Below, piece by piece: positions 26,095 through 35,067 of a stretch of 62,857 nt of DNA (within the stretch, counting starts at the first letter, position 1; each line of letters begins with the position of its first letter). This stretch comes from a virus (taxonomy: Duplodnaviria > Caudoviricetes): positions 1 to 62,857 of the IMG/VR virus record IMGVR_UViG_3300025009_000105; one strand, written 5' to 3'. A model generated the notes under the pieces. The model was not told where the DNA came from, did not search any database, and saw only the letters and a list, made by a program, of their open reading frames with translations. The position numbers were made by a program, and so were the translations under genes.

Positions 26095-26933
26095 GCGCGC
26101 AACTGTTTCAGGGCGACTGCATAGAATTTATGAAAACGATGCCGGAAAAGTCGGTGGATGCGGTGATTACCTCGCCACCGTACAATTGCCGAAAAGACTA
26201 CGGAACATTTCTGGACGAAATGCCGTGGTCGGAATATTATGTCTGGATGGGACATTTGCTCGACGAATTTTATAGGGTATTAGTAGACGGCGGATTAGTT
26301 GCCATAAATATTCCTGGAGTTATCCGGTGGCAATCAGAGCATAAATATTCTGAGACGTGGACAGACTTCGACGCGTCATACAAGACTCACAGAAACGGAG
26401 TAAAGGTAATCGGGAAGGGGAGAATTGAGCCTGTTGGATTCAGGCTGTTTCAAATGATGGAAGATAGAGACAGCCACATACGAGAACCGATTGTGTGGGT
26501 AAAAGGAAGTGAGGGAAACGCCATAAGTAGCGATTACAGAATGGGATGCGATAGCGACCCCTATATGCGACCGGCGCATGAATTAATATTATTGGGAACA
26601 AAAAACCGATGGTTTCATAGAGGCGGCACGGGTAGGCGAGGGAAAGACGCAGTTCCGTTTTTGGACGAAACAAAAGATGTCTGGTTTATTACACCCGAAA
26701 GGAATAAAAACCATCCTGCTGTTTTCCCGATTGAATTACCGTCGCGCTTAATAAAGTTGTTTACCCATGCAAATGACGCACTGGTCTTTGATCCATTCAT
26801 GGGTAGCGGAACAACAGGTGTGGCTTGCGCGCGGTTGGGCCGCAACTTTATCGGTTGCGAGATTGATCCTAAATACTACGCCATCGCAAAGAAACGGATT
26901 TCGGAAACACACAGGCAGGGAGTTCTGTTATGA
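26091..26933 (+). CDS. DNA methyltransferase, beta class (probably N4-cytosine)
   Basis: TSPPY, HPAVFP, DPFMGSGTT; AT-richer than neighbouring genes. Confidence 0.9.
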   Translation: MSAQLFQGDCIEFMKTMPEKSVDAVITSPPYNCRKDYGTFLDEMPWSEYYVWMGHLLDEFYRVLVDGGLVAINIPGVIRWQSEHKYSETWTDFDASYKTHRNGVKVIGKGRIEPVGFRLFQMMEDRDSHIREPIVWVKGSEGNAISSDYRMGCDSDPYMRPAHELILLGTKNRWFHRGGTGRRGKDAVPFLDETKDVWFITPERNKNHPAVFPIELPSRLIKLFTHANDALVFDPFMGSGTTGVACARLGRNFIGCEIDPKYYAIAKKRISETHRQGVLL

Positions 26934-29746
26934 CGGTTAATGTTTATATTAATCCAGATTATGCAAACACGCCTCAGCAGAAGGACAACGGCGGGATTCG
27001 TAGAGTGATTTCTGCCATGGCTGAACATCTGCATAAATTCGATATAAATGTCGTACACAATCCAAACGATGCCGATGTTATTAATAATCACGGCGGCGCG
27101 CTTGTTGAGGTTCGCGGAACGCCAATGGTAAATTCGTGCCACGGTTTATACTGGAGCAGGCAACCTTGGGGCGACGGTTTCTACGAAGTAAATAAACAGG
27201 TAGTAGAATCAATGTGCAGGTCTGACGCATGGACAGCGCCTTCGGATTGGGTTAATCAAGCGATGCGCAGGGGCGGATATTTCTACCCCGTCACGGTGTA
27301 TCATGGGGTTAACCCTGACGAATTTCTCCCATCCAAGACGCCCGGAAATTACATCCTTTGGAACAAGCTTCGCCAAGATTACGTCTCCAATCCAGACGAC
27401 ATGCAGAGACTTGCTGCCAGGATGCAGAACAGGAGTTTCGTCTCCACCATCGGATCTCAAACCCCGAACGTCTCCATCACCGGCGCGATCTCCTATGAGG
27501 CCATGCACAAACTGGTGGCAGAGGCAGGCGTGTATCTCTCCACGGTCCGGGAGACCTTCGGTATTGGAATATTGGAAGCCCTGGCGTGCGGCGTACCGGT
27601 GGCAGCGTTCGATTGGGGTGGCAATTCCGAGATCCTCTCGCATGGCTACACCGGTTATCTTGCTCCCCCAGGAGACTTCGTGGCGCTGGCGGAATGCGTG
27701 GAACGCTGCTTCTCTGAACGTGACAGGCTCTCCAGGAACGCAGTCAGTGACGTCCGGGCAAGGTGGACATGGGAACCGCGTATCGAGCAATACGCCAATA
27801 TATTCAAGCGGGTGCATGACCGCTTCAAGACAGACATTCCGAAGGTCAGTATCATCCTGACCGCCTATAAACTGGACACCTACCTTCCGGCTTGCCTAGA
27901 TTCTGTACAGGCTCAAACCTATCCGAACTTTGAGTGCCTGGTCATCGACGATGCCCAACTCAAGTCCACAGAAACGATTGTGAGGAACTATGCCGTCCGA
28001 GATCCACGCATCCGATACATACCAACTCCTAACAATTTTGGACTGCCCGGTGCTAGAAATTTTGGTTGCTCGCAGGCTAAAGGGCATTACATCCGACATC
28101 TGGATGCTGACGATTACCTTGCACCGAACGCGCTTGAGTTGGAAGTCGCCGCGCTGGACAAGGATCGGGGAACCGATATTGTCTATGGTCATCTGGAAGT
28201 AGTGCGGGAGGACGGGACGCGCTTTCTGGACAAACATCAGCAACCGATACGTGGCGGATGGCCTCCCGAACAATTTGACTGGCACAAGCAGATGTCGCAC
28301 ATGAACCAGATCCCATCCTGCGCAATGGCAAGGCGGGAAGTGTTCGAGAGGGTGGGCGGATACCGGGAGCGCATGAAGCGCAATGAGGATGCGGAGTTCT
28401 GGTGCCGCGCCACTTCGCTTGGCTTGAGGGCAAAGAAGTTCACGCAGGCAGTCACCTACTTCCACCGGGAGCGCAATGACAGCAAGGGCGCATTGGAGTG
28501 GAAAAACGAAGGTGGAGAACCGGACTGGACCGCCTGGTTCCCGTGGAGGGCGGGTGCAGCCAACTCCGAACAGGCTCGGAAACTGGAAGGGCAGATACGC
28601 CTTCCATACATCGTTCCGTTTGGGGCGCAGGGCAAACCCCCGGACGGCATGAAGTTCTGGTACGTCCACGACTACGCTTATCCGGTTGTCTCTGTTATTG
28701 TCACCTGCGGACCCGGGCACAAGCATTACCTGATCGATGCCCTGGACTCTGTGCAAGCCCAGACCTTCCCGGATTGGGAATGCCTGGTGGTCAACGACAC
28801 TGGCGAGGAATGGAATAACGACATTCCGGGCGCGCCGTGGGCAAGGGTGATCAACCTGAAGGGCAACCAGGGAACTTCCAAAGCGCGTAACGCAGGCTTC
28901 CGCTTTGCGCGTGGCAGGTACATCGTCTGGTTGGACGCGGATGATTACTGGTTGCCTTGGTTTCTCGAGAAGATGGTCGGATACGCCGAAGTGAACGATG
29001 GCGTGATATTCTCCGACCTGATCGCCTTACAGGACACATACAAGGTCTATCGGTATGACGAGTTCGACCCGCAACGCCTGAAACTGTCCATGCGCTACCC
29101 GGGTTCATCCGTCCTATACCCCCGTAATGTCGTGCAGGCAGTCTTTGATAAGCAGGGTGGATACGACACCGAGATACCAGGTATGGAGGACTGGGATTTC
29201 CAGTATGCCGTCCACGACCTCGGCTTCTGTGCTTATCATATAGACGAACCGCTATTTGTGTACAGAATGCTTTCATCCACGAAGCGGGAAAAGGATTATA
29301 ATAAAATCGAATTGATACGCGCCTACATGGATAAGAAGTGGAGTGCGTATCGGAAAGGCGAGAAACCATTCATGTGTGGATGCCAGCAACCCAAAAAGAA
29401 ACCTTCGGCGCCCCTTCCGGCAAGCACCCTTAACAGCTCCGGCAACTTCAGCGCGGATGCCATCAAGACCATGGAAACGTCCGACCAGAACCAGATGGTC
29501 ATGTTGGAATACATTGGACCAATGGAAGGCACGTTCTCCATTCGGTCCCGTGTGGACAAGACCAAGATATACCGCTTCGGGAATAATCCCGGGCACAAAG
29601 CCCGTGCGGTGTTTTTGGGAGATGCGGAACTCCTGACTTCCATGATGGATGGTCAGGGCAACGCTTCCTACCGTATCGTCAACCAGGGAGGCGCGGGCAT
29701 ACCCTATGACCCGATTGCTTTCCTCGGACAACCAATCAGTTCATAA
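26930..29746 (+). CDS. multidomain glycosyltransferase: GT4 + GT2 + GT2 + C-terminal CGC-containing domain
   Basis: ETFGIGILEALACGVP (GT4); two VS.I...LDSVQAQT.P..ECLV / ARN.G / LDADDY / ED..F modules (GT2); tail MCGC...YRFG. Confidence 0.9.
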   Translation: MTVNVYINPDYANTPQQKDNGGIRRVISAMAEHLHKFDINVVHNPNDADVINNHGGALVEVRGTPMVNSCHGLYWSRQPWGDGFYEVNKQVVESMCRSDAWTAPSDWVNQAMRRGGYFYPVTVYHGVNPDEFLPSKTPGNYILWNKLRQDYVSNPDDMQRLAARMQNRSFVSTIGSQTPNVSITGAISYEAMHKLVAEAGVYLSTVRETFGIGILEALACGVPVAAFDWGGNSEILSHGYTGYLAPPGDFVALAECVERCFSERDRLSRNAVSDVRARWTWEPRIEQYANIFKRVHDRFKTDIPKVSIILTAYKLDTYLPACLDSVQAQTYPNFECLVIDDAQLKSTETIVRNYAVRDPRIRYIPTPNNFGLPGARNFGCSQAKGHYIRHLDADDYLAPNALELEVAALDKDRGTDIVYGHLEVVREDGTRFLDKHQQPIRGGWPPEQFDWHKQMSHMNQIPSCAMARREVFERVGGYRERMKRNEDAEFWCRATSLGLRAKKFTQAVTYFHRERNDSKGALEWKNEGGEPDWTAWFPWRAGAANSEQARKLEGQIRLPYIVPFGAQGKPPDGMKFWYVHDYAYPVVSVIVTCGPGHKHYLIDALDSVQAQTFPDWECLVVNDTGEEWNNDIPGAPWARVINLKGNQGTSKARNAGFRFARGRYIVWLDADDYWLPWFLEKMVGYAEVNDGVIFSDLIALQDTYKVYRYDEFDPQRLKLSMRYPGSSVLYPRNVVQAVFDKQGGYDTEIPGMEDWDFQYAVHDLGFCAYHIDEPLFVYRMLSSTKREKDYNKIELIRAYMDKKWSAYRKGEKPFMCGCQQPKKKPSAPLPASTLNSSGNFSADAIKTMETSDQNQMVMLEYIGPMEGTFSIRSRVDKTKIYRFGNNPGHKARAVFLGDAELLTSMMDGQGNASYRIVNQGGAGIPYDPIAFLGQPISS

Positions 29747-29752
29747 GGAGAA

Positions 29753-29818
29753 TGGTATAATAAACACGTCTGGGATGGTACTCCCGGTACTGTCCCAGAC
29801 AACGCTCCGGGAGGGCGT
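29753..29818 (+). promoter_or_regulatory. extended -10 promoter plus two-hairpin kissing-loop leader
   Basis: TGGTATAAT 29753-29761; 14-bp stem with loop TCCCG and 6-bp stem with loop CGGGA, covering the GGAGGG SD. Confidence 0.6.
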
Positions 29819-29823
29819 GTAAA

Positions 29824-30273
29824 ATGAAAACCAATGAGTATTACAGAAAATGGCGCGCAGAACATCGAGAAAGCGTTAGAAATTACTCTAGGAAATACCG
29901 CAAAACGCACCTCGAAAAAGTTTTGACAAAAGAGAGAGAACGTCACCGACTAAATAAAGAAAAGGAAAATTCCTATTCAAGAGAATACAGCAGGAAACAC
30001 AGTGAAGAAAAAAGGCTCGAGCGAATCACTTTACGGAAAGAAGTTCTGGAACACTACGGCGGGAAATGCGCCTGTTGTGGCGAGACAAAATACGAGTTTC
30101 TGTCAATCGATCACATTAATGGAGGCGGAAGCAAACACAGAAAAGAAATTAACGGAATGATATGTCCGTGGCTAAAAAACAACAATTTCCCCGATGGATT
30201 TCAGGTTTTGTGTTACAACTGTAATCAGGCTAAAGGAATCTACGGGTATTGTCCACACCAAAAAGGAGAATAA
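29824..30273 (+). CDS. HNH endonuclease
   Basis: basic N-terminal repeats; HYGGKCACCGE...LSIDHINGGG...QVLCYNCN. Confidence 0.88.
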   Translation: MKTNEYYRKWRAEHRESVRNYSRKYRKTHLEKVLTKERERHRLNKEKENSYSREYSRKHSEEKRLERITLRKEVLEHYGGKCACCGETKYEFLSIDHINGGGSKHRKEINGMICPWLKNNNFPDGFQVLCYNCNQAKGIYGYCPHQKGE

Positions 30274-30274
30274 A

Positions 30275-30529
30275 ATGACTTCCCCCAACATATTCAAGAG
30301 TCGTAAGTTCTGGATTGCCGTTATCGACGCGTTGATCTCAATTGCGACGATGGCGACAACGCTCTATCTGGCGGACGACATCGAGACCCGAGGTTTCATT
30401 CTCGGTGTCATTGCCGCGGTCCAACCAGTGCTCGTGGCGGTAATCAATGGCATAGCCACAGAGGATGCCGCACACATGGCGGCTGCCGCTTCTGTACAAG
30501 TGGCTGAAACAAAACTCGACGCGGGCTAA
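30275..30529 (+). CDS. holin-like two-TM protein
   Basis: KSRKFW N-terminus, two hydrophobic helices, IATED. Confidence 0.7.
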   Translation: MTSPNIFKSRKFWIAVIDALISIATMATTLYLADDIETRGFILGVIAAVQPVLVAVINGIATEDAAHMAAAASVQVAETKLDAG

Positions 30530-30539
30530 CCATTCGATG

Positions 30540-30566
30540 ACTGGTCGGGGAAACCCGACCAGTTCT
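30540..30566 (+). terminator. 10-bp GNRA hairpin / terminator after the holin
   Basis: ACTGGTCGGG-GAAA-CCCGACCAGT. Confidence 0.55.
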
Positions 30567-30570
30567 CTAT

Positions 30571-30891
30571 ATGAACATATTCACATTCGTTATTCTGTCC
30601 CTTGCCACTTGGCGCGTCTCGAAGTTGCTCACAGGAGAGGCGGGGCCGTTCAATGTGTTCCTGCGGATTCGCAAATTGGCGGGAATTGTCTATATAGACG
30701 ATGATCCATTCCAGATCCCGGATACCTTCTTTGCTCAACTTCTAAGTTGTGTATGGTGCTTGTCAATCTGGGTGGGCGCGCTGTGGTTTCTCGCTTGGTA
30801 TCTTGTCCCGAAGGAAACCGAACTGATCGCCATTCCATTCGCATTGAGCGCAGTTGCCATCCTGTTTGAAGGTCACATTTCGCCAAAGTGA
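30571..30891 (+). CDS. DUF1360-like membrane protein
   Basis: LATWRVS.L...GPF..F..IR and LLSCVWCLSIW. Confidence 0.75.
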   Translation: MNIFTFVILSLATWRVSKLLTGEAGPFNVFLRIRKLAGIVYIDDDPFQIPDTFFAQLLSCVWCLSIWVGALWFLAWYLVPKETELIAIPFALSAVAILFEGHISPK

Positions 30892-30897
30892 AGTATA

Positions 30898-31188
30898 ATG
30901 TCGAGTGAACTGCCTTTGCGGTGTGACGCCTGTCACCAGGAAACAATGGTTGACATGGAACGGATGGAAACCCGGCCCGTTTCCAACCTGGTCACGATGG
31001 AAGGGTTCACATGTAAGCACTGTCACGAATGGAAGCCGGTGTTTGCTCTGACGGCATCTCTCGCAGGTGCCATGCGAAAACTGAACGCACTCTCGCCAAC
31101 GCGCAGGGATTTCCTGTGGCATTTCGCCAAGACACTGCACAAGGCAGAGGGAGTTCAAAAACGCGGAGAAAACTATGGCGCGTTCTGA
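30898..31188 (+). CDS. hypothetical zinc-ribbon protein
   Basis: CDAC...CKHC; preceded by TATAAT. Confidence 0.55.
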   Translation: MSSELPLRCDACHQETMVDMERMETRPVSNLVTMEGFTCKHCHEWKPVFALTASLAGAMRKLNALSPTRRDFLWHFAKTLHKAEGVQKRGENYGAF

Positions 31189-32392
31189 ATATAAGACCTG
31201 GCTTCCTTTGGACGAGTTCGCACAACTCATGGGTTTTAATCCCCTCGGGTTCAATCAACTCACCAGTTCGTCTTTGTTCCCGAACAACACCTGCGGCGAG
31301 ACCACATTCCAGTACGCTTACCAACATTCTGACCGTGTAGGTCGGGAGGATATGGCGTTGGTTCTTCAGCAGGCGGAGTATGAGATTGCCCGGGAGATCG
31401 GGTTCAATTTAATGCCCGACTGGACGCTGAACGAGCGCCTTCAGTATCCTCGTCCATCCTTCCCGGAAGCATACAACCTGATCGGCGTCAACCCGCGTTG
31501 GCAGTTGAAGTCTGTCGAGGCGAGCAAGGGACACGTCATTTCAGGCGGGATCCGCGCAAAGACGTTGCTCGAGGCGGGTGCGGCTGTGGTCAGGACGGAC
31601 GCGGACGGGGATGGGTTCACAGAAACCTGCACCGTCATCGTGGCGATCACCACCACCGATCTAAGCGAAGTGCGCGTCTTTTACAACACCAAGTCTGGCG
31701 CGGATGAGTGGGAAGTCCGCCCGATCAAGGTTGCCATCTCCGGTGGGTTCGCCACCATCACATTCAAGGCGTGGCAGATCGTCAAGTGGGAAAAGATGGA
31801 GGAACTGGATGCGGATGCCCTGGATGCCCATACTGCCGGCAACTTCGAGACCACCGTGGATGTGTACCGTGTCTGGAATAACCCGGCGACGCAGGCGCAA
31901 CTCCTATGGGAGAATTATCCGAACTGCTGCGGAACTTGCCAGGCTTGCACCATTGGGACACAGGACGCCTGTTTCCACCTGCGGGATGAAAGGTTGGGCA
32001 TACTTGTCCCGGCTCCCGCCACTTGGGATGCGACCGACGAGGAGTTCGACACCGCAGAGTGGTCGGCGTGCAGGGAGCCGGACCAAATACGCCTGTGGTA
32101 CTATAGTGGCTACAGAGACGAGAACCTCCTGCGACCCTACGCCGAGATGTCTCCGAGGTTCAAGTTCGCCGTGGCGGTCTTTGCCGCCTCGAAATTCGAG
32201 AGACCCGTCTGTGGGTGTAGCAACGTCAACCAGTTCATCGAAAAGTGGCGCAGGGATGGGGCGTACTCCTCAATGAACGAAGGCGGTTTCACCATGACCT
32301 CCGAGCAGGCTTCCAACCGGCTCGGGACAAGTATGGGAGCCTTGTACGCATGGCGTGTCATTCATCAAGGAGATTTGAAGGTGAACAAATGA
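31175..32392 (+). CDS. head-tail adaptor/connector-like structural protein
   Basis: A...AE..I...GF N-terminal pattern; position before the tail genes. Confidence 0.5.
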   Translation: MARSEYKTWLPLDEFAQLMGFNPLGFNQLTSSSLFPNNTCGETTFQYAYQHSDRVGREDMALVLQQAEYEIAREIGFNLMPDWTLNERLQYPRPSFPEAYNLIGVNPRWQLKSVEASKGHVISGGIRAKTLLEAGAAVVRTDADGDGFTETCTVIVAITTTDLSEVRVFYNTKSGADEWEVRPIKVAISGGFATITFKAWQIVKWEKMEELDADALDAHTAGNFETTVDVYRVWNNPATQAQLLWENYPNCCGTCQACTIGTQDACFHLRDERLGILVPAPATWDATDEEFDTAEWSACREPDQIRLWYYSGYRDENLLRPYAEMSPRFKFAVAVFAASKFERPVCGCSNVNQFIEKWRRDGAYSSMNEGGFTMTSEQASNRLGTSMGALYAWRVIHQGDLKVNK

Positions 32393-32688
32393 GAGAGATC
32401 ATCCACACGGACGAGAAGGGACGCAAGTACAAAGTCCTTCTTGATGGAAGCATGGGTGACGAACTATCCATTGTTGTTGGACCACCGGAAGGCGTGGTGG
32501 ACGAAATGGGACTGCCTGAACCATTTGCAACCCGCCTGCACAACGCCCTGTGCGACCGAGGCATTTTCACGTTCAAAGATATATCCTCGAACCAACGCGC
32601 CGCACTTGGCGCATTGCAAGAGGCGTTGAATACCGACATTCAGAAATTGGCGGAAGCCTATTTGAACTATGAAAAAGAAACCATCTAG
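32389..32688 (+). CDS. hypothetical protein
   Basis: ATGA-coupled 99-aa ORF; LHNALCDRGIFT. Confidence 0.6.
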   Translation: MREIIHTDEKGRKYKVLLDGSMGDELSIVVGPPEGVVDEMGLPEPFATRLHNALCDRGIFTFKDISSNQRAALGALQEALNTDIQKLAEAYLNYEKETI

Positions 32689-32697
32689 GAGGTTCCC

Positions 32698-34203
32698 ATG
32701 ACTGATCTAAAACAACTCCAGGCGATAAATCAAAGATGCTGGTATGTCGAGGGGGGTGTACATCCCTCACGCGCACCACAATTCCTGGCGCTTGGCAAAT
32801 TCTCCGATGACCCCGCAATCACCATCGGAGAGGAAACGAAGGTCTCTGCACCCGATCCGAACAACTTCGGTCGGGACATCTCCATCGGATCCATGCCCGG
32901 GGAATCGGAGCGCGCCACGCTTGCCATCGGCATCCGTTCCACAGCGCAGAAGTCGATCCTGTTGGATTGGAAAAACAAGCGTTGCCGCGTGGACATCTAT
33001 GCCCTCAGCGGTAAATGCGGAAATCCACAGGACTTCACCGAAGGCGGAGAGAAGTGGGTGTACTTCCCGGACGGCAAGATCTCCGGGCACGCCTACGAGA
33101 ACTTCGGTGCCTACGGTCTGGATGAGAACAACCCGACCAACGAAGCCGTGCCCATGACCGCAGAGGACTACTACGAGTTCCTGTACATGCGGCAGGATCA
33201 GATGGGGAGTTCCGTCACAACCCGGCTTATCTACACCGTGGATACCTATGCCGGAGACCTGTGTGAGAATTGCCCGGATCAATGCTCACGCGTCCTGATG
33301 ACCATGGCGGGTTTGGGCGCCACGCCTGGTACGCAACCCACCCTGTTGTATTCGGACGATGCCGGAGAGTCCTTCTCCTCACAATCCATCGACACGCTGC
33401 ACTCGAATGAGGACATCGTGGACGGTCTGGTGATCGGGAACTACTTCATCATCGTCTCCCACACCGCCAACGAACTTCACTGGACGAGTGCCATGGAGTT
33501 GTTCGAGGACGCCTCGAATGACTGGAACCAAGTGGCGTCCGGGTTCGTGGCTGCGAAGGCGCCCAATGCCATCACCGCTGCTGACATCCGCCATATCTGG
33601 ATCGCCGCGGACGGCGGGTATGTGTACTTCTCCGAGAACTTCAAGGTCGATGTGGAAGTACAGGAAGCCGGTATTGCCACCACGCAGAACCTCAATGCCA
33701 TCCACGCCTACGACACGCAGAATGTGCTTGCGGTCGGCAACTCCAACGCTGTCATTTACACCAGTAATGGTGGAAGCGTTTGGGAGAGCGTGACTGGTCC
33801 TGCCATCGGTGTCAACCTCGGCGCGTGCTGGATGTGGGATGCGAAGGTCTGGTTGGTTGGTGAGGGTGCTGGCGGAACAGGCAAACTCTGGCTGACCGTC
33901 AACTCCGGCGCAACCTGGACACAGATCGGTCTGCCTGCCACCTATAACCGCATCTACAAGATCGTGTTCATCTCCGAAGCGGAAGGTTATCTGCTTGCGG
34001 CTGATGGTTCACAGACCTATGTCCTGCGCACCATCACCGGTGGCAACGAATGGGTGGTCCTGCCCCAAGGCAAGAAAGGCACGCCCATCGACAACACTTA
34101 CCTGACCGATGTTGCGGTCTGCTCCAAGTACGCCAACACCGCTTACGCTGCGGGTCTGGCGTCCAACGGCACCGCAGGCATTGCGCTCAAGATGGTCGGG
34201 TAG
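32698..34203 (+). CDS. major tail tube protein fused to an Asp-box (BNR/YCF48-like) beta-propeller
   Basis: AGGAGG SD, biased codons, precedes chaperones and tape measure; SDDAGESF, TSNGGSVW, TVNSGATW, TITGGNEW repeats. Confidence 0.65.
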   Translation: MTDLKQLQAINQRCWYVEGGVHPSRAPQFLALGKFSDDPAITIGEETKVSAPDPNNFGRDISIGSMPGESERATLAIGIRSTAQKSILLDWKNKRCRVDIYALSGKCGNPQDFTEGGEKWVYFPDGKISGHAYENFGAYGLDENNPTNEAVPMTAEDYYEFLYMRQDQMGSSVTTRLIYTVDTYAGDLCENCPDQCSRVLMTMAGLGATPGTQPTLLYSDDAGESFSSQSIDTLHSNEDIVDGLVIGNYFIIVSHTANELHWTSAMELFEDASNDWNQVASGFVAAKAPNAITAADIRHIWIAADGGYVYFSENFKVDVEVQEAGIATTQNLNAIHAYDTQNVLAVGNSNAVIYTSNGGSVWESVTGPAIGVNLGACWMWDAKVWLVGEGAGGTGKLWLTVNSGATWTQIGLPATYNRIYKIVFISEAEGYLLAADGSQTYVLRTITGGNEWVVLPQGKKGTPIDNTYLTDVAVCSKYANTAYAAGLASNGTAGIALKMVG

Positions 34204-34232
34204 GATAGACGAACCGGAAGCAAAGAGGAAGC

Positions 34233-34790
34233 ATGTCAAAAGTAACCGATAGCGATAAAACGATTGCGAAAGCAATCGACGTTGCGAAGGGAGAGGCGGA
34301 TGATAACCTCGTCCGCCTCTCCACGGGCGTTGTGCTGAAGGTCAAGCAGGCAAACCCCAACGTCCTGATCCGCATAATGACGTCCCAACGGCGTCCCGTT
34401 CCCCCGGTCTATTTCAACAAGGTCATGGGGCGTGAGATGGAAAACCCCGACGACCCCGATTACGTCTCCCGCGTCAAGGCGTGGCAGATGGACTACAACA
34501 ATGGGATGCTGAACGCACTCATTGGATTGGGCACGGAACTGGTCTCCAAGCCGAAGGGAATGCCCGGACCGGACGACGATGCGTGGATCAGGGACTACGA
34601 AGCCCTTGGTCTGCCTTCCATGAAGGACAGCCCTGCGTGGCGCTACATGACCTGGGTCTTGTTCAAGGCTGCGGTGATCGATGCCGACACAGCCGCCATT
34701 GGAGATGCAGTCAAGAAACTTTCGGGCGTCAAGGAGGAGGATGTCAAGTCCGCCGAGACGTTTCCTGGGAGTGACAAAGCGGGTCGGTGA
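34233..34790 (+). CDS. tail assembly chaperone (gpG-like)
   Basis: position between tail tube and tape measure; overlaps a downstream ORF that lacks an SD. Confidence 0.7.
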   Translation: MSKVTDSDKTIAKAIDVAKGEADDNLVRLSTGVVLKVKQANPNVLIRIMTSQRRPVPPVYFNKVMGREMENPDDPDYVSRVKAWQMDYNNGMLNALIGLGTELVSKPKGMPGPDDDAWIRDYEALGLPSMKDSPAWRYMTWVLFKAAVIDADTAAIGDAVKKLSGVKEEDVKSAETFPGSDKAGR

Positions 34791-35067
34791 AGTGCAGGAA
34801 AACATCACGCGCGTTGAACTGGATAACGCGGTGAGCGCAGGTATTTACTGGCAGAGACTCGGAGAAGGTTTCGTTCCCATTTATGAGGAACAACTTTCCA
34901 GACTGGAGCGCAATATCAGCATGGAGGCGTGGTATCGCATGGAACCCATGGAGCGCGCCATGGTGATCGCCGTGCGGCGTATTGAGAACGCCTCCAAAGG
35001 GCACCAGTCCGAGGCTGAAAGCGCAGCCATCAAGAGGCAGACTGCCATGAGAGGAAAACGCCATTAA
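34762..35067 (+). CDS. tail assembly chaperone extension (gpT-like), probably reached by frameshift
   Basis: open +1 frame from TTT-CCT; EAWYRM...ERA.VIA; stop overlaps the tape measure ATG. Confidence 0.55.
   Translation, partial: FLGVTKRVGEVQENITRVELDNAVSAGIYWQRLGEGFVPIYEEQLSRLERNISMEAWYRMEPMERAMVIAVRRIENASKGHQSEAESAAIKRQTAMRGKRH

Noticed and set aside
10614-28756. Long antisense ORFs (e.g. 10614-11426, 14865-15701, 17251-18102, 22590-23408, 27896-28756)
   Set aside because: Shadows of GC3-biased sense genes; no SD sequences or recognisable motifs
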